Below, one piece after another: positions 18,930-27,795 of a stretch of DNA of 61,723 nt. Position 1 is the stretch's first letter. Each line of letters begins with the position of its first letter. The stretch is taken from positions 1 to 61,723 of the forward strand of contig JAZRXI010000087.1 in NCBI GenBank assembly GCA_045600145.1, written 5' to 3'. Both the position numbers and the translations under genes were made by a program. Source of the stretch: Clostridia bacterium. Its GTDB lineage: Bacteria > Bacillota > Clostridia > Christensenellales > QALW01. Under the pieces are notes generated by a model. It searched no databases. It was not told the origin of the DNA and saw only the letters and a program-made list of their open reading frames with translations.

Positions 18930-21152
18930 TCAACTTGCTTTCTGCATTTTCAGAACCATAACAGTCATATCGTCATCGTTTGCCGAGCTTTGTGCCCTTG
19001 AAAGTATTAAATCTGCCAGCTGTTTTATATTCCCCATGTGTTCCGACATAAGCAATGATGCGATCCCGTCCGATGCGCCCGTGCAAAGTCCGTCATATAC
19101 TCCGTCGCTGACCATTACGATTATATCTCCTTCACGGACGAGCTTTTTTGTGGTACCGGGATTTATTGACGTGACTATGCCTATCGGCAGTGCACCCGAT
19201 TCAATTTTCTCCACCTTGCCCTCGCGCAGTATATACCCCGGTACGGCACCTATTTTCGTCCAATAGAGAATGCCCGATTCAAGATCAAATTCAGTAACGT
19301 CCATAGTTGAATACGCTTCACTGTCGCCTTTTAACAGCAACATTCTGTTCATTGCGTTGAACACCTCCGTGCGCGGAAGATTCGCGTCCGAAAACGCCTC
19401 AAGCATGTCGAGCGCACCTTCACTCTTGACCGCGGCACGCCTGCCGCTCCCCGCGCCGTCGCTTATCGCCGCAAGATATCTGTCGTTTTCGACGTTACAG
19501 AAGGTAAAGGAATCGCCGCAGACACTTTCACCGTTTTTATTGCTCCGACATGCGTAAGCTTCAACCGAATACCTCGGTACGGGCGCGAACACTCCCGTAA
19601 ACCCGCCTGATTTATCGGTGCTTCCGTCAAGACAGCGGTACTTGCCCAAAAAACCGCCATCAAGCGCATCGCATATCCTCTTTCGTGTATTTTTGTTGTT
19701 CTCTTTGACGCTTACGCTTATTATATGACTTTCTCCGCTCTTGCGGCACACGACGCGCCGCACATTTCCGATACGCGAAGAAAGCACATCATATACCTGA
19801 GCTTCAAGCTCTTTATCAAATTCAGGAAGCTCATTCATGTCCGACGCAAGTGAAAACAGCATTTCCGATACGCTTTTCATCTGAAGCGAAAGCTCGTCCT
19901 CTGCCGTCGGATTTTCTTCTTGAAACTTTTTAAGAGTATCAAAATTATCCTGCATTGCGCTTAATAATGTCATCGGTTGGATGCAGCGTGCCGTCAATGT
20001 CAGCGGAAGTGCCTTTAGACGTTCACTTTCGATTACGGTATCAGCTGCTTCACCAAGTTCAATAAGCGTATCGCTCCTGCGGCTTTTCAAACAGTAGTCA
20101 CGTTTTTTACAATTTTCACAGACCTCCGCGGTACGTTTGATAAGCTCATTGCGAAAAACGTTCCCTCGTGAAGCATGGCGCATCGTGCGTGAAAGCTCCG
20201 CATACATTCTGCCCGCGCTTTCAAGCTTCGTTTTCTGCCGCTCACGCAGACTTTCAAGATAATTCATTTCAAGGTCGTTGACTCCCGAATTTATGCCGGC
20301 AAGCCGCTTGAGCTTTTCCGTAAATTCCTTTTTCAAAAAGGCGGTATAGACACAGCCGACTACCATATTTACAACTCCGGTACTGAGCGACGGCATATGG
20401 AGCGTGAAAAGCGAGATCATAAGGTCGCCCAAGATAAAACCGAGCAAGATGCCTCCGCGCTTTTTCGACAGCATCCCGCCCAAAATCCCGCCCGCAATAA
20501 GACACAGTGCGGTAGTGGTATCACCGCCTTTTATCACCCACATGATACCGCAGATCGACGCCCAGACACTGCCGTTCATTTCAAAGGCGCATATTGCAAG
20601 CGATGACGTGAACAGTAAGGCGCTCACACAAAGGTCAAAGCCCAATATATGTGTGCGTGGCAACGATGAGATCACAAGTCCGCCGATACAGCAAAGCGAA
20701 ACGATATCCGCACGTTCGAGGCTAAGGCGGCTCTCTATCTGAGTAAGTGAAATGTACAGCCGTTGTATAAGCGGAATAATACAGAGCGCGAACAGCCCTG
20801 AGAAAATCATGACGACCTTTTGCGCAAAATCAATATTTATTATAAGTGCGGGTACGGCAAACGAAAAAAAGGCGGCTGTCATATACAGCAGACGCTTTGC
20901 TTTGTATTTGTTGAGAATGAGTATCACCGGGAATATCACTGCATACGGAAGTGAATTGATAAGCATGTCCCCCAATGTCAGGCTTATCGTCAGACTTCCG
21001 ACGAACGCTCCGAAAAGCACAAAGATAAAGCCGTCGGATGCGTTGAGGACACACAATAGAGCTATACCGAATGGATATATCCCTTGCAGGAGATTGCATC
21101 TTGAAGCAAGTATACCGAGCAGGATGAAAAGAATCGGCTTGAATTTTTTCAT
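18930..21152 (-). CDS. spoIIE: Stage II sporulation protein E (membrane PP2C phosphatase)
   Basis: About 10 N-terminal TM segments, a central regulatory region and a C-terminal PP2C domain (AAISDGAGSG ... DDMTVMVL). The start is taken at the MKKFKP ATG; the ORF extends to 21188. Confidence 0.85.
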   Translation of the reverse strand: MKKFKPILFILLGILASRCNLLQGIYPFGIALLCVLNASDGFIFVLFGAFVGSLTISLTLGDMLINSLPYAVIFPVILILNKYKAKRLLYMTAAFFSFAVPALIINIDFAQKVVMIFSGLFALCIIPLIQRLYISLTQIESRLSLERADIVSLCCIGGLVISSLPRTHILGFDLCVSALLFTSSLAICAFEMNGSVWASICGIMWVIKGGDTTTALCLIAGGILGGMLSKKRGGILLGFILGDLMISLFTLHMPSLSTGVVNMVVGCVYTAFLKKEFTEKLKRLAGINSGVNDLEMNYLESLRERQKTKLESAGRMYAELSRTMRHASRGNVFRNELIKRTAEVCENCKKRDYCLKSRRSDTLIELGEAADTVIESERLKALPLTLTARCIQPMTLLSAMQDNFDTLKKFQEENPTAEDELSLQMKSVSEMLFSLASDMNELPEFDKELEAQVYDVLSSRIGNVRRVVCRKSGESHIISVSVKENNKNTRKRICDALDGGFLGKYRCLDGSTDKSGGFTGVFAPVPRYSVEAYACRSNKNGESVCGDSFTFCNVENDRYLAAISDGAGSGRRAAVKSEGALDMLEAFSDANLPRTEVFNAMNRMLLLKGDSEAYSTMDVTEFDLESGILYWTKIGAVPGYILREGKVEKIESGALPIGIVTSINPGTTKKLVREGDIIVMVSDGVYDGLCTGASDGIASLLMSEHMGNIKQLADLILSRAQSSANDDDMTVMVLKMQKAS

Positions 21153-21349
21153 GTCGTCACGTTCCTTTTTTGTTTGATTGTACATCATACGCCGTGCGCA
21201 AAGTGTCGCTTATCAAATGTAAAAAAACAGTGAAATATTCCAAAATGTGTTGATTTAATTACCGCAATATATTATAATTCTCTTTAGCGCACGGATGAGG
21301 GCAGCTCTTTCAATGCGGCGAGAATCTTATTACGTAAGAGGTAATCATC

Positions 21350-22171
21350 ATGAAAATAATCCAGCAGACAAATAAAACGCTTCAGCAGACGATGGGTTAT
21401 ACCGTCGTTGTTGATACCGGTGAGGTGCTTGTTATCGACGGCGGTGCATCGGGCAATGGCGAAGAGCTTAAAAGAGTTATAAAGAAAGTAGGCGGTCATG
21501 TCGATCTGTGGCTCATAACACATCCGCACTGCGACCATCATAACGCCATAATCGAAGTACTTTCAAATCCCGACGGCATTACATACGATAAGCTCGGTGC
21601 GGGACAGCTTCCCACATCGTGGGGCGATGCCACGGGCATAAATGACGCTGAAGAATTGCGTACATGGAACGAATTTGCCGAAAATCTTGACGAAAGATAT
21701 TTTGACATCAAGGCAGGTCAGGTATTTACGCTCGGTTCGCTCAAGGTAGAAGTGCTTGCCGGAGCAAATCCCGAACTGACCGTAAATCCGTTCAACAATC
21801 AGTCGTGCGTGTTCCGCCTTACCGATGGTGATTTTACTATGCTTATTTTGGGCGATCTCGGTGTTGAAGCAGGTAAAAAGCTCATGGCGACAGGAATTGA
21901 TCTCAAGGCTGACGCAGTCCAGATGGCGCACCACGGTCAGCAGGGCGTAAGTGAGGATTTTTATCAGAAGGTCGCGCCCACATATGCATTTTGGCCGACG
22001 CCCGATTGGCTGTGGGATAACACGCCATATCTGGGCGGAACACCAGGCACAGGTCCCTTCAAGACGCCCGAGGTAGCAAAATGGATGGAGAAGCTCGGTA
22101 CGGTCAATATAATTGATTTTAAGAATACCGTTGTGTTCGATTCTCATACGAAAGAAGTAAATGTATTCTGA
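21350..22171 (+). CDS. MBL-fold metallo-hydrolase
   Basis: THPHCDHH (HxHxDH) motif and a later AHHG histidine. Confidence 0.75.
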   Translation: MKIIQQTNKTLQQTMGYTVVVDTGEVLVIDGGASGNGEELKRVIKKVGGHVDLWLITHPHCDHHNAIIEVLSNPDGITYDKLGAGQLPTSWGDATGINDAEELRTWNEFAENLDERYFDIKAGQVFTLGSLKVEVLAGANPELTVNPFNNQSCVFRLTDGDFTMLILGDLGVEAGKKLMATGIDLKADAVQMAHHGQQGVSEDFYQKVAPTYAFWPTPDWLWDNTPYLGGTPGTGPFKTPEVAKWMEKLGTVNIIDFKNTVVFDSHTKEVNVF

Positions 22172-22270
22172 TAATGTGCAAACCGTTTGTATATTTTGTG
22201 CATTTTGACAGTAGCGTCATTTCGTATTAAATGATACAATAGTAAAAAATATTTTAGGAGGACTGTTTTT

Positions 22271-23404
22271 ATGGCAGGCGTTACTTTAAGACATATCTAC
22301 AAGGTCTATGCCGGCGGCGTTACCGCTGTAAATGACTTCAATCTTGTAATAAAGGATAAGGAATTCATCGTTCTTGTAGGCCCCTCCGGTTGCGGAAAAT
22401 CAACAACGCTCCGTATGGTTGCCGGACTTGAGGAAATCACCGAGGGTGAACTTTTCATCGGCGATAAGCTGATGAACGACGTTGCTCCCAAGGACAGAGA
22501 TATAGCGATGGTTTTCCAGAACTACGCTCTTTATCCGCACATGACCGTTTACGATAACATGGCGTTCGGCCTTAAGCTCCGTAAGGTACATAAGGGTGAA
22601 ATAGACAAGAAGGTAAAGGAAGCCGCAAAGGCTCTCGGCATTGAAGAATATCTTCAGAGAAAGCCGAAGGCTCTTTCGGGCGGACAGCGTCAGCGTGTTG
22701 CACTCGGACGTGCGATAGTTCGTGAGCCCATGGTATTCCTTATGGACGAACCTCTTTCAAACCTTGATGCAAAGCTCCGTGTACAGATGCGTACCGAGAT
22801 AACAAGACTTCATCAGCGTCTTAACACCACATTCATCTACGTTACCCACGACCAGACAGAGGCCATGACAATGGGTACCCGTATCGTAGTTATGAAAGAC
22901 GGATTCATCCAGCAGGTAGATACTCCCCAGAATCTTTACGATTATCCCTGCAATAAGTTTGTTGCTTCGTTCATCGGTACACCTCAGATGAACTTCTTCA
23001 ATGCTACGCTTCTCCGTGAGGGCGACAAGGTCGTTGCACGTCTCGGGGAGAATAAAGTTGAGATCCCCAAGGCTCTTGTTGAGAAGCTTACTGACCAGAG
23101 CTATATCGGCAAGGAAGTCGTTCTCGGCATACGTCCCGATGATATCCATGACGAGCAGGTATTCATAGAGGCTCATCCCGAAGCAAAGGTAAAGGCTCAC
23201 GTAGATCTGCTTGAAAAGCTTGGCTATGAGACACTTGTTTACATGGATATGGATGCGTTCATTCAGGATCAGGCTGAAAGTACTGTTGCCCGTGTAAATC
23301 CGCGTTCTACCATTATGGCAGGCGACGATGTTACACTTGCTTTCGATCCGTATCGTATACATCTGTTCGATAAGGATACTGAGGTCAGCATCCTCGATAA
23401 GTAA
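22271..23404 (+). CDS. Sugar ABC transporter ATP-binding protein (MsmX/MalK/UgpC type)
   Basis: Walker A GPSGCGKST, signature LSGGQRQR, Walker B FLMDEPLS and a C-terminal regulatory/TOBE-like domain. No adjacent permease genes. Confidence 0.9.
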   Translation: MAGVTLRHIYKVYAGGVTAVNDFNLVIKDKEFIVLVGPSGCGKSTTLRMVAGLEEITEGELFIGDKLMNDVAPKDRDIAMVFQNYALYPHMTVYDNMAFGLKLRKVHKGEIDKKVKEAAKALGIEEYLQRKPKALSGGQRQRVALGRAIVREPMVFLMDEPLSNLDAKLRVQMRTEITRLHQRLNTTFIYVTHDQTEAMTMGTRIVVMKDGFIQQVDTPQNLYDYPCNKFVASFIGTPQMNFFNATLLREGDKVVARLGENKVEIPKALVEKLTDQSYIGKEVVLGIRPDDIHDEQVFIEAHPEAKVKAHVDLLEKLGYETLVYMDMDAFIQDQAESTVARVNPRSTIMAGDDVTLAFDPYRIHLFDKDTEVSILDK

Positions 23405-23462
23405 TTACAAAAATCAAAATTTTATACCGCTGCGGTGTGCAAGCGTGCACTTGATCAAACGA

Positions 23463-23497
23463 AAACAGGCTGATTTATTATAGTCAGCCTGTTTTGT
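23463..23497 (+). terminator. Terminator after the ABC ATPase gene
   Basis: AACAGGCTGA / TCAGCCTGTT 10-bp stem followed by TTTGTT. Confidence 0.7.
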
Positions 23498-23593
23498 TAC
23501 TCAAGGCGATATTTTATCATTAAAAATACTATTGAAATTTTCTTTCGCATGCTTTATAATATACATAAATTCTTTGATATTCGGGAGCGTCAC

Positions 23594-25780
23594 ATGGCAA
23601 ATTTAACTGATATAAAATGGATAGGCAAGGTCAAGCGCACGGGAGATGAGTACAGCACTTATGAAAAGCGTTTTACGCTTTCCCCAAAAAACGATCCCGC
23701 GATATTAAGGCTTTCGAGCGACGGGATATCAGTTCTTTACATAAACGGGAAATTCGTTGACGGACTTGCGGGCAGACTGCCGGGACGCGTCGGTGCATAT
23801 GATGTAACAAAATTGCTTGTTGAAGGTGAAAACACCGTTACTGTGCTGTCGGGCGGTCATTTCTATGAATCAGAGCGCATCGACATGCGCAAAAAACGCG
23901 GCGTATATTTTTCGCGCTTCGCTCTTGAGCTTGATTGCGGAACAACACGCATCGTATCCGATGAAAGCTGGACGTGGTTTTCCGACATCGGAAACGGCTC
24001 GCCCGAATGTTTCACCAATGTAACTCAAGCAGCATATGACCGTTTTTGGGCAAGTGCCGCGGTGTGGTCGGAATACAAGCCGAATGTTGATGATGCGATC
24101 TTTGATGTCGCGGGCGTGGAATACAGACGTGCGGTAAACACAGATGATCCGGAGCTTATCGTACCGAAATTGACCGAAATCACCGAAACATATGCCGAAT
24201 ACGACTTCGGCAGGGTGTGCGTCGGCTTTTTCGAGCTTGAGTATGAATCAGCTGCGGATTGTGAAGCCACATTTGTATTTGATTATTCAGAAAGCCATGA
24301 TGACCTTATCGGCGCCGAAAGCTGGTGGCGCGGAATAGTCGGCCACATGACACTGCACGAAAAGCTTCAAAAAGGCAGTCACACGTTGTTTATCACTCGC
24401 CGCCGCGCAACGCATTTAATGCGCATCAATTTCCCGTCGGGCGTAAAAATAAAGCAGCTCGTGCTTCATTCAAGCATCAAACCGTGCGTCAGCAAGGGCT
24501 TCTTTCGCTGCAACGATGATTTGCTCAACCGAATTTGGGATGTCGGCAGTTACACGGTAAACGTCAATCGCCATCAAGAATATGAATCGTGTCCGCGTCA
24601 AGAAATGAAATTTTTTATAGGCGACGGTGTGCCCGACGCACTGACCGATTATTACGCGTTCGGCGATTATTCACTTGCAGATTCATCACTTTCGTATATT
24701 GATTCTGTCGATGCGGCAGGGCTTGTCTTCGATAAGCTCCAAATCTCGGTATGTCTGATGGATTATCCTGCATGGCGGATAATCATGGTATACAATCACT
24801 ATGTTTATACGGGAAATGCGGATGTCGCCAAAAAGTATTATCCGGAGCTTAAAAAAATCGTTGAATGGATGTATGAGTGTACCAATGCGGAGGGACTTAT
24901 CTTTCAATACCCCATACAGCATGACCCGTTCTTTATGTTTGATACCGCAAATGAATATAATTCGTCATCACACCGATTTGGTGAAAAACCGTATCTCAAC
25001 GCGCTGTACTACCGCAGCCTTGTTTGCATGAGCAAGCTTGCTGAGCTTTGTGGTGACACAGATGCGTCGCACGGATACGCTCAAAATGCTGAAAATGTCA
25101 AAAAGGCGTTCAACGAGCATCTTTGGAGCAACGAGGCGGAGGCATATCTTGATACGTTTGATACGGGCTACATTCCGCAGGACGGCAATACGCTTGCCGT
25201 ACTGTTCGGACTTGCCGATAAAGAGCGCACTCGGAAAATCTTCAAAACGATGGAGCGTGAATTGTGGTCGCCTTACGGTTCGCCTGTTGTAAGCAAGGTA
25301 ACGAATCCCGATTTCACTGCACCGAGGTGCAATAATGAGGTGCTTTCGCCGATGATGAACGGCTACGAGGCCGAGGCACGTTTCTTAAACGGCGATGCGG
25401 AGGGCGCAATAAAGCTGATAAAGGCTTGCTGGGGCACGATGATAGCAAAGGGCGCTGAGACATTTTGGGAATTTGCACCTAAAGACGCAACAACGCGTTG
25501 GCCCGTTTCCGCTCATGCGTGGTCGGGAAGCTGTACATATTTGCTTTCAGCATATGTCGGCGGTATCCGTCCTGCGCAGATGGGATTTGAAACCGTTTTG
25601 TTCGCTCCATGCGGCATCGTGAACGAATACCGCGTTGTCGTTCCGACACCTCACGGACTTATCGCCGCCTCATGTGTGACCGAAAAAGGTAAACAGCATT
25701 ATTCACTTTGTCTGCCGTCATCACTTAAACTTGAAACAAATCTGCCTGACGGCGCAGAGCTTGATGTTGTAAAGTATTAA
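23594..25780 (+). CDS. Six-hairpin (alpha/alpha)6 glycoside hydrolase, GH78 alpha-L-rhamnosidase-like
   Basis: About 730 aa. SCPRQEMKFFIGDG resembles the GH78 xCPxRExxxWxGD segment. GGGAG precedes the ATG at 23594. Family call is tentative. Confidence 0.5.
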   Translation: MANLTDIKWIGKVKRTGDEYSTYEKRFTLSPKNDPAILRLSSDGISVLYINGKFVDGLAGRLPGRVGAYDVTKLLVEGENTVTVLSGGHFYESERIDMRKKRGVYFSRFALELDCGTTRIVSDESWTWFSDIGNGSPECFTNVTQAAYDRFWASAAVWSEYKPNVDDAIFDVAGVEYRRAVNTDDPELIVPKLTEITETYAEYDFGRVCVGFFELEYESAADCEATFVFDYSESHDDLIGAESWWRGIVGHMTLHEKLQKGSHTLFITRRRATHLMRINFPSGVKIKQLVLHSSIKPCVSKGFFRCNDDLLNRIWDVGSYTVNVNRHQEYESCPRQEMKFFIGDGVPDALTDYYAFGDYSLADSSLSYIDSVDAAGLVFDKLQISVCLMDYPAWRIIMVYNHYVYTGNADVAKKYYPELKKIVEWMYECTNAEGLIFQYPIQHDPFFMFDTANEYNSSSHRFGEKPYLNALYYRSLVCMSKLAELCGDTDASHGYAQNAENVKKAFNEHLWSNEAEAYLDTFDTGYIPQDGNTLAVLFGLADKERTRKIFKTMERELWSPYGSPVVSKVTNPDFTAPRCNNEVLSPMMNGYEAEARFLNGDAEGAIKLIKACWGTMIAKGAETFWEFAPKDATTRWPVSAHAWSGSCTYLLSAYVGGIRPAQMGFETVLFAPCGIVNEYRVVVPTPHGLIAASCVTEKGKQHYSLCLPSSLKLETNLPDGAELDVVKY

Positions 25781-25808
25781 AATCGTGGAAAAACGAAAAC
25801 AGTTAAAA

Positions 25809-25840
25809 AACAGCAGGGTTCCGATGACCTTGCTGTTTTT
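25809..25840 (+). terminator. Terminator after the GH78-like gene
   Basis: ACAGCAGGG / CCTTGCTGT stem followed by T5. Confidence 0.6.
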
Positions 25841-25926
25841 ATATTAATATTCACTGTGACGAAATGCTTTTGTCACAAAAGCGAATATGTCGATGGCAAC
25901 TATGAAGCCCTGAAAAAAGTATGAGT

Positions 25927-26190
25927 TCAATGGAAAAGGTCGTTGTCGTTTATGCGTAATTCGATTTCTTTAACTATTTCGCTCATTGGTGTATCAAATG
26001 CGATACTCAAACGGTACAGTGTTTCAAGTGTCGGCTTGCGCTCACCGCGCTCGATTGCGCTAAGATGTGTGCGCCCGATGCCGGCAAGCCCGCTGAGTAC
26101 CTCTTGTGAAAATCCTTTTTTGCGCCGTAAATGTGCGATAGCTTCTCCAACAATTACAGAATCAAGCGAATAATTTGTCAAAATAATCAC
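25927..26190 (-). CDS. XRE-family helix-turn-helix transcriptional regulator
   Basis: 87 aa. IAHLRRKKGFSQEVLSGLAGIGRTHLSAIERGERKPTLETLYRLS is a canonical HTH_3 sequence. Confidence 0.85.
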   Translation of the reverse strand: MIILTNYSLDSVIVGEAIAHLRRKKGFSQEVLSGLAGIGRTHLSAIERGERKPTLETLYRLSIAFDTPMSEIVKEIELRINDNDLFH

Positions 26191-26288
26191 CTCTTAGATT
26201 ATTTTAAGAAATTCCGCCATAGTTTATGAACACAAATGTTGACAAAAGAATACATTTGTGTTATAATTTTATATGCAAAAGGTGAAAA

Positions 26289-26669
26289 ATGAAGAAAATC
26301 AAAATATTTTGTGTGATGAATGTCGGCTTGGCAATAGCAGTCGGTTCCTTGATATACATTTTTAACAGCGATGATCGTATTTTGAGCAATCTGTTCGGAT
26401 TTTCGGTGGAAAATCAAACACTGAGTGTGCTGAGCGGTTACATTCCCGATTTTTTGTGGGGATATGCGTTGTGTTCGGCACTCTGCATTTTTAACGGCGA
26501 GGGTGTTGCATGTGTCATAAGTACGACGTTTGGCATTCTATGGGAAATATTACAGTTTCTCGGAGCAGTTCGGGGGACGGGTGATGTGATAGATATGATA
26601 TTGTATCTTACGGCAAGCCTTACTGCCGTTATGATAATTAAAATACAAAAACGGAGGTATTCAAAATGA
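26289..26669 (+). CDS. Hypothetical small membrane protein
   Basis: 126 aa with four hydrophobic segments, divergent from the XRE gene. Confidence 0.45.
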   Translation: MKKIKIFCVMNVGLAIAVGSLIYIFNSDDRILSNLFGFSVENQTLSVLSGYIPDFLWGYALCSALCIFNGEGVACVISTTFGILWEILQFLGAVRGTGDVIDMILYLTASLTAVMIIKIQKRRYSK

Positions 26670-27175
26670 AGGCAAAAAGATTCATGTGCGTCGTTATGAC
26701 GGTAATAATGTTGACGGCATTCGGCGTCATGGCGCTCGGAAGCGGCGAAAGTGAAACAAAAACTCAAGGTGACGGTACCGATACTGTGGCAACATCTGCG
26801 GTAAAAAGTGATACGGGTCTCGGCAATTATGATGTTGAGATAAAAAGCTGCCGTTTGGCTGAGGATTATGAAGGCAAACCGATAGTAATAGTGCTGTTTG
26901 GCTTCACTAATAACGGCGATGATCCGAGAGCATTCTGGACAGCACTTGAAACTACTGCGTATCAAAACGGGATCGGCCTTAATAATTGTTATTTAGCTGA
27001 TGACAGCGCAAATTACAATGATGATAACAAGAGCAAGGAAATCAAAAAGGGTGCGACGATTGATGTTGAGGTAGCGTATGTGTTGAATGACACGACAACA
27101 GATGTCGAAGTCGAAGTAAAAGAATTTATAAGCTTGAATGATAATGTTATATCAAAAACGTTCCATATTGTGTAA
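26666..27175 (+). CDS. Secreted/lipoprotein-like protein (DUF5067/DUF4352-like beta-sandwich)
   Basis: Signal-like N-terminus, then NYDVEIKSCRLAEDYEGKPIVIVLFGFTNNGDD, typical of that domain class. 4-nt overlap with the upstream ORF. Confidence 0.5.
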   Translation: MKAKRFMCVVMTVIMLTAFGVMALGSGESETKTQGDGTDTVATSAVKSDTGLGNYDVEIKSCRLAEDYEGKPIVIVLFGFTNNGDDPRAFWTALETTAYQNGIGLNNCYLADDSANYNDDNKSKEIKKGATIDVEVAYVLNDTTTDVEVEVKEFISLNDNVISKTFHIV

Positions 27176-27251
27176 GGTATAGTTTCCAAAAAAGAGGACA
27201 GAGCCCATTTGGGGTCTATCTCAAGCTCTGCTTTTTTTAAGCGGGGTAAAA

Positions 27252-27345
27252 TTTTTTATTGCGCTCCGCGCAGAGTAAAAATAATGCAGTGCCTGCTCAT
27301 GAAAAACTTTTATGAGCAGGCACTGCGTTTTTTATTATTGTTTAC
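27252..27345 (+). repeat. Intergenic repeat copy A (core element with a perfect 15-bp hairpin and T-run)
   Basis: TTTTTATTGCGCTCCGCGCAGAGTAAAAATAATGCAGTGCC... Stem GCAGTGCCTGCTCAT (27286-27300) pairs with ATGAGCAGGCACTGC (27312-27326), then GTTTTTTATTATTG. Homologous cores lie at 38445-38530 and 56345-56435. Confidence 0.75.
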
Positions 27346-27468
27346 TCTATTGTGTTATCGCGATAGCTCCGTGGCAATCCATGTTAAGTAAAAAGTAATT
27401 TTGGGTAAAGTGGCGCGAAGCGTGACAAAAGAGAGAGGTGCGGTGACAATGTCCCCGCTAAAAATGCC

Positions 27469-27795
27469 TTATTCCCACGATAGGAGTCCCTTTTCTTCCA
27501 TAAAGGCATCATGGTATTCAAAGTAAAGCTCGATAAAATCGGAGAGGTCATCGGTATCAATATCCGGGATGGCGTTTGAAATATGCTCGGCGATAAAATC
27601 AAAAGCGTCGTCTTCGTCATAGTATTCGTCCGTGAACGCACCATCCTTGATTATTCCGGCGCTTGCCATATAATCAAGGTCGTATGTCATTGCCAAATTG
27701 AATACGGCTTTCGCGGCGTCAGCGTTTCTTTCTGGAAAGTTTTCCTTCAGACTGTTAAGCATGAAATCGAGAGCTTCATCATTAAAACCTGTCAT
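27469..27795 (-). CDS. Hypothetical small acidic protein
   Basis: 108 aa, very D/E-rich. Its start overlaps the pepF stop by 4 nt. Confidence 0.5.
   Translation of the reverse strand: MTGFNDEALDFMLNSLKENFPERNADAAKAVFNLAMTYDLDYMASAGIIKDGAFTDEYYDEDDAFDFIAEHISNAIPDIDTDDLSDFIELYFEYHDAFMEEKGLLSWE

Noticed and set aside
27240-27459. Defining repeat copy A as a bona fide MITE with terminal inverted repeats
   Set aside because: The putative TIRs are only 7 bp (AGCGGGG/CCCCGCT) and no target-site duplication is visible. This is reported only as a possibility within the repeat findings.
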